Shown here piece after piece: positions 13,835 through 21,438 of a stretch of 64,000 nt of DNA. The position numbers were made by a program, and so were the translations under genes. Source of the DNA: Piscinibacter sp. (GTDB lineage: Bacteria; Pseudomonadota; Gammaproteobacteria; Burkholderiales; Burkholderiaceae_C); NCBI RefSeq assembly GCF_035513255.1, contig NZ_DATKCI010000015.1, one strand, 5' to 3'. The notes under the pieces are model-generated. The model was not told the origin of the DNA. It did no database searches and saw only the letters and a program-made list of their open reading frames with translations. The number at the start of each line of letters is the position of its first letter. The first letter of the stretch is position 1.

Positions 13835-14974
13835 ATGCCGCTAGAACCCTTCAAGACCTCCGAGCCACTGACCTTGGGCGTCGAGCTCGAGCTGCAGCTC
13901 GTCAGCCTGAGCAACCTGGATCTGATCGACGCCAGCCCCGACATGCTGGACCTCTTGAACCGGCGGCATTTTCCGGGCAACGTCGTGCCGGAGATCACCG
14001 AAAGCATGATCGAGGTATCGACCGACATCCATACCGGCCACGCCGGCCTGGTGGAGCAGCTGCGGCTCATCCGAGATTCGCTGGTGGCCGCCGGCGACAT
14101 GCTCAACGTCGGGATGTGCGGCGGCGGCACGCATCCGTTCCAGCAATGGTCCGAGCGCAAGATCTTTTCCAAGCCGCGCTTCAAGGAGGTGTCGCTGCTG
14201 TACGGCTACCTGGCCAAGCAGTTCACGATCTTCGGCCAGCACGTGCACGTCGGCTGCGCGTCAGGCGACGACGCGCTGCTCCTGCTGCATTCGCTGAGCC
14301 GCTACGTGCCGCATTTCATCGCACTGTCGGCGTCGTCGCCGTTCGTGCAGCGCAAGGACACGCTGTTCCAGTCGTCGCGGCTCAATTCGGTGTTCGCGTT
14401 CCCGCTGAGCGGCCGGGCGCCGTTCGCGCTGCAATGGAGCGACTTCGAAGGCGGCTACTTCGCCCGGATGGAGCACACCGGCATCGTCAAGAGCATGAAG
14501 GACTTCTACTGGGACATCCGGCCCAAGCCGGAGTTCGGCACGATCGAGCTGCGCGTGTGCGACACGCCGCTGACGGTGGAGCGCGCCGCGGCGCTCGCTG
14601 CTTACCTGCAGGCCTTGTGCCGCTGGCTGCTCGAACGCAGCGAGCCGGCCCCGACGGAAGACGACTACCTGGTCTACAACTACAACCGCTTCCAGGCCTG
14701 CCGCTTCGGCCTCGACGGTACGGTCGTGCACCCGAAGACCTATGAGACGCTGTCGCTGCGCGAGGACATCCTCGCCACGCTGCGCCGCCTGCAGCCGCAC
14801 GCCGAGGCGCTGGGCGGCGTGCCGGCACTGGAGCACCTGTACGACACCACGCACCAGGGCAGCGATGCGAGCTACCTGCGCCGGCAGTACGAGGAGCGCG
14901 GCAGTTCCGAGGGCATGGTGGATTCGGCGATCCGCTGTTTTCGCGAGAGCGGCGTACAGCAGGGGTCTTCGTAG
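13835..14974 (+). CDS. ybdK: YbdK-family carboxylate-amine ligase (GCS2)
   Basis: [43 protein letters not shown]. Confidence 0.9.
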   Translation: MPLEPFKTSEPLTLGVELELQLVSLSNLDLIDASPDMLDLLNRRHFPGNVVPEITESMIEVSTDIHTGHAGLVEQLRLIRDSLVAAGDMLNVGMCGGGTHPFQQWSERKIFSKPRFKEVSLLYGYLAKQFTIFGQHVHVGCASGDDALLLLHSLSRYVPHFIALSASSPFVQRKDTLFQSSRLNSVFAFPLSGRAPFALQWSDFEGGYFARMEHTGIVKSMKDFYWDIRPKPEFGTIELRVCDTPLTVERAAALAAYLQALCRWLLERSEPAPTEDDYLVYNYNRFQACRFGLDGTVVHPKTYETLSLREDILATLRRLQPHAEALGGVPALEHLYDTTHQGSDASYLRRQYEERGSSEGMVDSAIRCFRESGVQQGSS

Positions 14975-14995
14975 CCCGGATGAAATCCGGGCTAC
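14971..14995. repeat. GTAG-type REP, perfect palindrome
   Basis: GTAGCCCGGAT-GAA-ATCCGGGCTAC; same core at 24311, 50207, 58913. Confidence 0.9.
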
Positions 14996-15025
14996 GGACG
15001 TCAACCGAGTCAATCCAGGTCGACC

Positions 15026-15063
15026 GGCGCCAATACGGTGCCTCACCGCCCTTGCATGGGGCA
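15026..15063 (+). promoter_or_regulatory. Paired NtrC-like enhancer boxes
   Basis: GGCGCCAATACGGTGCC (15026-15042) and CGCCCTTGCATGGGGCA (15047-15063), centres 21 bp apart, resemble TGCACCA-N3-TGGTGCA, upstream of a sigma54 promoter. Confidence 0.6.
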
Positions 15064-15114
15064 TGCTTGAACGCCGGCGGCTCGTGCATCGATGCAATGA
15101 GGCGCCGTGTTCGG

Positions 15115-15130
15115 TGGCACCTGTCTTGCT
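15115..15130 (+). promoter_or_regulatory. sigma54 (-24/-12) promoter of the flavoprotein-cytochrome operon
   Basis: TGGCAC-CTGTC-TTGCT, exact consensus. Confidence 0.9.
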
Positions 15131-15169
15131 AAGACCTGCCCCAAGCGGCGTTCGAGACGCTGCGCGGAA

Positions 15170-15254
15170 GCCAACGGCGGCCTCGGCGCAGCGTGAACGT
15201 TCGGGGACAACGAAGTCCAGCCTGCCATCGCGGCGGGCTGGACTTTTTTCTTTT
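15170..15254 (+). promoter_or_regulatory. ANTAR (NasT) tandem-hairpin leader with overlapping intrinsic terminator
   Basis: P1 GCC-AACGGC-GGC (15170-15181), P2 GGAC-AACGAA-GTCC (15205-15218), both A1/G4 hexaloops; the P2 3' arm overlaps terminator AGTCCAGCCTGCC..GGCGGGCTGGACT-TTTTT. Confidence 0.9.
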
Positions 15255-15267
15255 GAGGAACGCGTCA

Positions 15268-17262
15268 GTGCTTGCAGAAGTGCGCATCGAGATCGCAGCG
15301 GTCGCGGCGCGGCCGGTGGCCGATGCGCCCGTCGTCGTCGTCGGCGCCGGGCCGGTCGGCGTGCGTTTCGCGCAGGAGCTGCGCCGGCGCTGTCCCCAGC
15401 AGCCGCTGGTGGTCTACGGCAGCGAGCCTTGGGCGCCGTACAACCGGGTGCAGCTCTCCGCCTTTCTGGCCGGCAAAACCGATTGGTCATCGCTGACGCA
15501 AGGCCTCGCGCTGCCCGAAGACCCGAACGCGGACGTTCGGCTGCATTGCGCGGTGACCGCCATCGATCGCGCGGGGCGGTGCGTACAGGATGCGAGCGGC
15601 CGCTGGCAGCCGTATGCCAGCCTCGTGCTGGCCATCGGATCGCGCGCTCGCGTGCCCGACATTCCCGGCATCGGTCAGGCCAACGTCTTCGTCTTCCGCG
15701 ACCTCAACGACACGCAGCGGCTTTTCGCGCGGCGCGCGCGCAGCCGACGCACGGTGGTGCTCGGCGGTGGCCTGCTGGGGCTCGAGGCGGCGCGCGCGAT
15801 GCAGCGGCTGAACACCGACGTGTGGGTGATCGAACATGCGCCGCGGCTGATGGCAAGCCAGCTCGACGACGAAGGCTCAGCGCTGCTGCGCGCGCAGGTG
15901 GAGGCGGCGGGCATCCACGTGCTGACCGACACGCGTGTCAAGGCGGTGCACGGGCACGGGCGCGTCGAGGGTGTCGCGCTGCGCGGCGGCGAGCGCGTCG
16001 ATTGCGACACGGTTGTCGTTGCTGCCGGCATCCAGCCGAACGTCGACCTCGCGGTCGCCTGCGGTCTGCCGGTGGGGCGCGGCATCCGCGTGGACGACGC
16101 GATGCGCACCGGCGATCCGCACATCTACGCGATCGGTGAATGCGCGGAACACCGCGGTGCGGTCTACGGCATCGTCGCACCCGGCTTCGAGCAGGCGTCG
16201 GTCGCCGTGCACAGCGTCGCCGGCGGACAGGCGCATTACGAAGGCTCGCTGGTCGCGACACGCCTGAAAGTGCTAGATCTGCCGGTGTTCTCGATGGGCC
16301 AGCTCGGCCTCGCGGGGGACGACGCCGAGCTGCGCAGCGTGTGTCACGACGCCGGCGCCGACGGTACACACCGCCGGATCGCGGTGCGGCGCGGCCGCCT
16401 CGTCGGCGCGCTCGCGGTCGGGGCTTGTCGCGAAATGAGCCGGCTGCAGGAGGCGGTGCTCGCACGCCGCCGCGTGATGCCCTGGCAACTTTGGCGGTTC
16501 CGCCGCAGCGGCTCGCTGTGGCCCGCGGAAGAAGCGACCAGCGTCGTGCATTGGCCCGGTGCCGCGATCGTCTGCAACTGCAACGGCGTCACGCGCGCGC
16601 AGCTGGGCGACGCGATGAAGGCCGGCTGCCGCAGCGTCGGCGAACTGGCGGCGTGCACCCGAGCGTCCACCGTCTGCGGTTCGTGCAAGCCGCTGCTGGC
16701 GGAACTCGCGGGGAGCGGCGCGGCGCCGGAGCCGGTGCGCGGCTGGCGCGGGCTCGCCGCCGTCGCATTGATCGCGTTCGCCTTCGCGCTCGCGATCGCC
16801 GTGCTGCCGGGGCTTCCCTACATGGACTCGGTGCAGGCCGCATGGCAGTGGGATCGCCTGTGGCGCGATAGCTTGTACAAGCAGGTGAGCGGATTCGGCG
16901 TGCTGGGCTTGACGGCGATCGGGCTGTTGCTGACGTTTCGCAAGCGCATCGCCCGCCTGCGCCTCGGGCATTTCGACACCTGGCGCTTCGCCCATGTCGC
17001 GATCGGCCTCGCGGTGCTCGCCGTGTTGTACGTGCACACCGGCGGGCGACTCGGCAGCCAGCTCGACGGCGCGCTGATGGTGGCGTTCACCGGCCTGATC
17101 CTCGTCGGCGGCGCGAGCGCCGCCGTCATCGCGTTCGAACACCGCCTGGCGCCGTCTCTCGTTCGGCGCTGGCGCAGCCGCAGCGTGTGGCTGCACATCC
17201 TTCTGTTCTGGCCCGTACCCGTCCTGCTCGGCTTTCACGTGCTCAAGAGCTACTACTTCTGA
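15268..17262 (+). CDS. NirB-like NAD(P)H:FAD oxidoreductase + BFD [2Fe-2S] domain fused to a ferric-reductase/NOX-like diheme-b membrane domain
   Basis: VGAGPVG, LGGGLLGLEAA, IYAIGEC; CNC...CGSC; five C-terminal TMs with two H-X13-H pairs; no siroheme/[4Fe-4S] domain. GTG start after GAGGA. Confidence 0.85.
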   Translation: MLAEVRIEIAAVAARPVADAPVVVVGAGPVGVRFAQELRRRCPQQPLVVYGSEPWAPYNRVQLSAFLAGKTDWSSLTQGLALPEDPNADVRLHCAVTAIDRAGRCVQDASGRWQPYASLVLAIGSRARVPDIPGIGQANVFVFRDLNDTQRLFARRARSRRTVVLGGGLLGLEAARAMQRLNTDVWVIEHAPRLMASQLDDEGSALLRAQVEAAGIHVLTDTRVKAVHGHGRVEGVALRGGERVDCDTVVVAAGIQPNVDLAVACGLPVGRGIRVDDAMRTGDPHIYAIGECAEHRGAVYGIVAPGFEQASVAVHSVAGGQAHYEGSLVATRLKVLDLPVFSMGQLGLAGDDAELRSVCHDAGADGTHRRIAVRRGRLVGALAVGACREMSRLQEAVLARRRVMPWQLWRFRRSGSLWPAEEATSVVHWPGAAIVCNCNGVTRAQLGDAMKAGCRSVGELAACTRASTVCGSCKPLLAELAGSGAAPEPVRGWRGLAAVALIAFAFALAIAVLPGLPYMDSVQAAWQWDRLWRDSLYKQVSGFGVLGLTAIGLLLTFRKRIARLRLGHFDTWRFAHVAIGLAVLAVLYVHTGGRLGSQLDGALMVAFTGLILVGGASAAVIAFEHRLAPSLVRRWRSRSVWLHILLFWPVPVLLGFHVLKSYYF

Positions 17263-17264
17263 GC

Positions 17265-18707
17265 ATGCGACGAGACCAACGACGACTCTGGATCACCTGG
17301 GGACTGCTGACCGTGATCATCGCCGCCACGTTCGCCACCGCGCTGCTGTGGAAGCGCTCGGCCACGCTGCCGGTGCTCGCGAGCGCACGCGCGGCCTTGG
17401 TGCCCGGCCAGACGACGCACGGCCACCACCAGATCGAACTCGCCTGCGAGAGCTGCCACAGCTCGCCGTTCGGCGGCGGCGCCGTGATGCAGGAGGCCTG
17501 CGTGAATTGCCACGGCGCGGCGCTGAAGGAAGGCGACGACAAGCACCCGGCGTCGAAGTTCGACGACCCGCGCAACGCGTTCCGCCTCGCGAAGATCGAT
17601 GCGCAACAGTGCATCGCCTGTCATGTCGAGCACCGTCCGGCCGCAACGCACGCGATGGGCCTCACGCAGCCGAAGGACTACTGCTTCCACTGCCACAGCG
17701 GCCCGGACGAGATGCCGGCCGACCACAAGGGCCTGCCTTTCGACGGCTGCATGGCGGCCGGCTGCCACAACTACCACGACAACCGGGCGCTGTACGAAGA
17801 CTTCCTGCTGAAGCACGCCGGCGAGCCGCCGTTGCTGGACAAGCGGCAGCTGCCCGAACGCGACCTGCTGACGGCGCTGCAGGAGTCGCTGGCCTACCCG
17901 CAGGCGCGTTATCCGGTCCAGCCGTTGGCGGCCGCGGCGGTCGACGCACCGCGGGGTCACCGTGCCGATCCCAAGATTCACGCCGACTGGCTGGGCACCG
18001 CGCATGCGAAGGCCGGCGTCAACTGCAGCGGCTGCCACGTCGTCGGCGCCACGGTGCCCGAAGGCGAACCGCGTCCGGCGAACGATGGGCAATGGGTCGA
18101 GCGCCCGGCCACGCCGCAGTCCTGCCAAGGGTGCCATGTGGTGGAGACGAAAGGCTTTCTTTCGGGCAAGCACGGCATGCGCTTGGCGCAGGGCCTGTCG
18201 CCGATGGCGCCCGCACAAGCCAGGCTGCCGATGCGCAGCGAGGCGGCGCACGCCGAGCTGAGCTGCACGAGCTGCCACACCGCGCACCGCTTCGACACGA
18301 AGGCGGCGGCGGTCGATTCCTGCCTCTCGTGCCATGACGACACACACTCGCTGGCCTACAAGCAGTCGCCGCACCGCGAGCTGTGGCGGCGTGAACTGCA
18401 GGGCGAGCTGCCGCCGGGCTCCGGTGTCACCTGCGCGAGCTGCCACATGCCGCGGGTCCGCGTGAGCACCGACGAAGGTTCGCGCATGGCCGTGCAGCAC
18501 AACCAGAACGACACGTTGCAGCCCAACGAAAAGATGATCCGGCCCGCCTGCATGAGCTGCCATGGCCTGGGCTTTTCCATCGATGCCTTGGCCGATCGCG
18601 CGCTGATCGATCGCAACTTCGCGGGCCAGCCGTCGCGCCACGTCGAAAGCATTGACATGGCGGTGCGCAAGGACCAGCAGTCATCGCGTGCACGCGAGCG
18701 GCCGTGA
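17265..18707 (+). CDS. Membrane-anchored multiheme cytochrome c (10 CxxCH + 1 CX4CH)
   Basis: N-terminal TM anchor; CESCH, CVNCH, CIACH, CFHCH, CMAAGCH, CSGCH, CQGCH, CTSCH, CLSCH, CASCH, CMSCH; ATG 2 nt after the upstream stop. Confidence 0.92.
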   Translation: MRRDQRRLWITWGLLTVIIAATFATALLWKRSATLPVLASARAALVPGQTTHGHHQIELACESCHSSPFGGGAVMQEACVNCHGAALKEGDDKHPASKFDDPRNAFRLAKIDAQQCIACHVEHRPAATHAMGLTQPKDYCFHCHSGPDEMPADHKGLPFDGCMAAGCHNYHDNRALYEDFLLKHAGEPPLLDKRQLPERDLLTALQESLAYPQARYPVQPLAAAAVDAPRGHRADPKIHADWLGTAHAKAGVNCSGCHVVGATVPEGEPRPANDGQWVERPATPQSCQGCHVVETKGFLSGKHGMRLAQGLSPMAPAQARLPMRSEAAHAELSCTSCHTAHRFDTKAAAVDSCLSCHDDTHSLAYKQSPHRELWRRELQGELPPGSGVTCASCHMPRVRVSTDEGSRMAVQHNQNDTLQPNEKMIRPACMSCHGLGFSIDALADRALIDRNFAGQPSRHVESIDMAVRKDQQSSRARERP

Positions 18708-18759
18708 CCGCCGGCATCGCGGCCGTCGCCATCCCTTTTTCAACCCCGAGGAGAGAACC

Positions 18760-19317
18760 ATGAAACCGAGTCGACATCTTCCGATCCTTCTGGCTGCGCT
18801 GGTTGCCGGCGGCACGGCCGCCGCCGAGGGCATATCGCCGCAGCAGATGACCGACGCGCTGCATGCCGTGATGGCCGCCGACCGCGCCGTCTACACCAAG
18901 CTGATCGTCAACCGGCTGCAGAACGAAGAGAAGCTCATCAAGGCCAGTGAGCACTGGAAGGACGACAAGGCCCTCGTGTTGCCGGCGCAGATGTTCCGCT
19001 ATGGCGCGGAGGAGGTGGCCAAGACCAACAAGAGCTTCAGCTACTCGCTGCTGTCGACCTGGCCGGTGAACAAGCAGAACGCGCCGCGCACACCGGCGGA
19101 GAAGGAGGGCCTCGCGTTCATCGAGAAGAACCCGACGAAGGCCTACTACAAGACGGAGGACCTCGGTGGCAAGAAGTTCTTCACGGCCGTCTACGCGGAC
19201 CGGGCCATCGCGCCGGCCTGCATCACCTGCCACAACCAGCACAAGGACAGCCCGCGCACCGACTTCAAGATCGGCGACACGATGGGCGGCGTGGTCATCC
19301 GCGTGCCGATGAACTGA
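18760..19317 (+). CDS. Secreted mono-heme c protein, Tll0287-like/DUF3365 family
   Basis: Sec signal (..GGTAAA/EG), LPAQM, PVNKQNAP, ACITCH near the C-terminus, GDTMGGVVIRVP; RBS GAGGAG. Confidence 0.8.
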   Translation: MKPSRHLPILLAALVAGGTAAAEGISPQQMTDALHAVMAADRAVYTKLIVNRLQNEEKLIKASEHWKDDKALVLPAQMFRYGAEEVAKTNKSFSYSLLSTWPVNKQNAPRTPAEKEGLAFIEKNPTKAYYKTEDLGGKKFFTAVYADRAIAPACITCHNQHKDSPRTDFKIGDTMGGVVIRVPMN

Positions 19318-19349
19318 GCATCCAAGCAACCCAGCCGAAAGGACACCTC

Positions 19350-19763
19350 ATGACACCGCAACAAGTCGCCCTGGTTCAGGCCTCGTGGCAAAAAATCGTG
19401 CCGATCAAGGACAAGGCCGCCGAGCTCTTCTACGGCAAGCTGTTCGAGATGGACCCCTCGCTGAAACCCCTGTTCAAGGGAGACATGGCCGACCAGGGCC
19501 GCAAGCTCACCGCGATGATCAACACCGCGGTCGTCAACCTGCACCAGCTCGACGGCATCGTCGGCGCCGTGCAGGACCTGGGCCGCCGCCACGTCGGCTA
19601 CGGCGTGAAGGACGAGCACTACGACACGGTCGGCGGCGCGCTGCTGTGGACCTTGGGTGCCGGCCTCGGCGACGCGTTCACCGACGACGTGAAGACCGCG
19701 TGGACGCAAACCTACGGCATTCTGGCCAGCGCGATGAAGGGGGCGGCGAAAGCGCCGGCCTGA
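19350..19763 (+). CDS. Single-domain bacterial globin (flavohemoglobin-like globin domain only)
   Basis: B10 Tyr (LFY), CD1 Phe (LFK), E7 Gln (DQGRKL), F8 His (RRHVGYGV); no reductase domain. Confidence 0.92.
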   Translation: MTPQQVALVQASWQKIVPIKDKAAELFYGKLFEMDPSLKPLFKGDMADQGRKLTAMINTAVVNLHQLDGIVGAVQDLGRRHVGYGVKDEHYDTVGGALLWTLGAGLGDAFTDDVKTAWTQTYGILASAMKGAAKAPA

Positions 19764-19799
19764 CATCGGTTTGGTGCGCCGCAGCACCGATGTGGTTCG
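19762..19799 (+). promoter_or_regulatory. Paired NtrC-like boxes upstream of the ABC transporter promoter
   Basis: GACATCGGTTTGGTGCG and AGCACCGATGTGGTTCG, centres 21 bp apart as in the first pair; the same bases also form a hairpin. Confidence 0.45.
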
Positions 19800-19859
19800 C
19801 AGAGCTCGGCGAGCGCGCGCATAGCGTGCGCCCGCCGGGCGACACAGCTGGAAACGGCG

Positions 19860-19875
19860 TGGCACGCGACCTGCT
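19860..19875 (+). promoter_or_regulatory. sigma54 promoter of the nitrate-type ABC operon
   Basis: TGGCAC-GCGAC-CTGCT (one mismatch at -12). Confidence 0.75.
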
Positions 19876-19885
19876 ATGACTCTCC

Positions 19886-20000
19886 CGAGACCACAGCATC
19901 GTGGTCTCGACAACTCACGAACATTGGGCAACGGCGTCCGATCGTTCAGTACGCAGCTTTTGCCGGTTGCGTGCTGGCGATCGGCCGCCGTTTGTCTTTT
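19886..20000 (+). promoter_or_regulatory. Second ANTAR-type leader with long terminator hairpin
   Basis: Hairpin CGAGACCAC-AGCATC-GTGGTCTCG, then GGGC-AACGGC-GTCC, whose loop pairs alternatively with CGCCGTTTGTC-TTTT in a ~70-nt stem. Confidence 0.7.
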
Positions 20001-20030
20001 CCCGAATCGATTTGCACCAGGAGATCCTCG

Positions 20031-21404
20031 ATGACGTCCGCCCGCTCCCGACTGAACCGTCGCCGCTTCCTCGCCAACGCGACCGCACTCGCCGGCGCCT
20101 CGACGATCGCCCTGCCGGGATTCGCGCAGAAGAAGGATCGCCCCGAGAAGGAGGTGCTGAAGTTCGGCTTCATCAAGCTGACCGACTGCGTGCCGCTGAT
20201 CATCGCCTACGAGAAGAAGTACTTCGACGACGAGGGGCTGTTCGTCACGCTCGAAGCGCAGGCCAACTGGAAGGTGCTGCTCGACCGCGTGATCGACGGC
20301 CAGCTCGACGGCGCGCACATGCTCGCCGGCCAGCCGCTGGGCGCGAGCGTGGGCTTCGGCACCAAGGCCGACGTGATCACCGCCTTCAGCATGGACCTGA
20401 ACGGCAACGCGATCACCGTCTCGAACGCGGTGTGGAAGGAGATGAAGCCGCTGCTCCCGATGGAAGACGGCCGCGTGAAGCACCCGATCAAGGCCGACGT
20501 GCTGAAGAAGGTCGTCGACAAGTACAAGCAGCAGGGCAAGCCGTTCAAGATGGGCATGGTGTTCCCGGTCTCCACGCACAACTACGAGCTGCGCTACTGG
20601 CTAGCCGCCGGCGGACTGAAGCCCGGCTACTACACGGCCGGCGACATCACCGGCACGTCGGATGCCGACGTGCTGCTGTCGGTCACGCCGCCGCCGCAGA
20701 TGCCCGCCACGCTGGAGGCCGGCACGATCAACGGCTACTGCGTCGGCGAGCCGTGGAACCAGCAGGCGGTGTTCAAGGGCATCGGCGTGCCCGTGATCAC
20801 CGACTACGAGATCTGGAAGAACAACCCCGAGAAGGTCTTCGGCGTCACGCGCGGCTGGGCCGAACAGAACCCGAAGACGCACATCGCCGTCGTCAAGGCG
20901 CTGATCCGCGCCTGCATGTGGCTCGATGCCAGCATGGCCAACCGCGTCGAGGCGGTGAAGCTGCTGTCCAAGTCGAACTACGTCGGCGCCGACGAAGAGG
21001 TTATCGGCAACAGCATGACCGGCACCTTCGAATACGAGAAGGGCGACAAGCGGCCGCTGCCGGACTTCAACGTCTTCTTCCGCTACCACGCGACCTATCC
21101 GTTCTACAGCGATGCGATCTGGTACCTGACGCAGATGCGTCGCTGGGGGCAGATCACCGAGAACAAGCCCGACAGCTGGTACTTCGAGACCGCGAAGAAG
21201 GTCTACCGGCCGGAGATCTACATGCAGGCGGCCAAGGCGCTCGTGGCCGAAGGCAAGGCGAAGGAGAGCGACTTCCCGATGAAGAGCGACGGCTACCGCG
21301 GCCCGCAGGAAGGATTCATCGACGGCATCGTCTACGACGCGAAGAAGCCCAACGACTACCTGCGCAAATTCAAGATCGGCCTGAAGGCGGACAAGAGCGT
21401 CTGA
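20031..21404 (+). CDS. nrtA: Nitrate/nitrite-type ABC transporter substrate-binding protein (NrtA/CmpA family)
   Basis: Tat signal RRRFL; [37 protein letters not shown]. Confidence 0.88.
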   Translation: MTSARSRLNRRRFLANATALAGASTIALPGFAQKKDRPEKEVLKFGFIKLTDCVPLIIAYEKKYFDDEGLFVTLEAQANWKVLLDRVIDGQLDGAHMLAGQPLGASVGFGTKADVITAFSMDLNGNAITVSNAVWKEMKPLLPMEDGRVKHPIKADVLKKVVDKYKQQGKPFKMGMVFPVSTHNYELRYWLAAGGLKPGYYTAGDITGTSDADVLLSVTPPPQMPATLEAGTINGYCVGEPWNQQAVFKGIGVPVITDYEIWKNNPEKVFGVTRGWAEQNPKTHIAVVKALIRACMWLDASMANRVEAVKLLSKSNYVGADEEVIGNSMTGTFEYEKGDKRPLPDFNVFFRYHATYPFYSDAIWYLTQMRRWGQITENKPDSWYFETAKKVYRPEIYMQAAKALVAEGKAKESDFPMKSDGYRGPQEGFIDGIVYDAKKPNDYLRKFKIGLKADKSV

Positions 21405-21438
21405 CGTGCCTGCGGCACATGCGGCAAAGGAGCCTGCA

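Noticed and set aside
15268-17262. Calling this gene nirB/nasB (assimilatory nitrite reductase)
   Set aside because: It has only the FAD/NAD and one BFD module; the siroheme-[4Fe-4S] domain is absent and replaced by membrane helices; no nirD follows.
17265-18707. Calling the cytochrome NrfA or a bona fide HAO
   Set aside because: No CxxCK catalytic motif; heme number and spacing differ from pentaheme NrfA; the HAO heme-4 equivalent appears to be missing.
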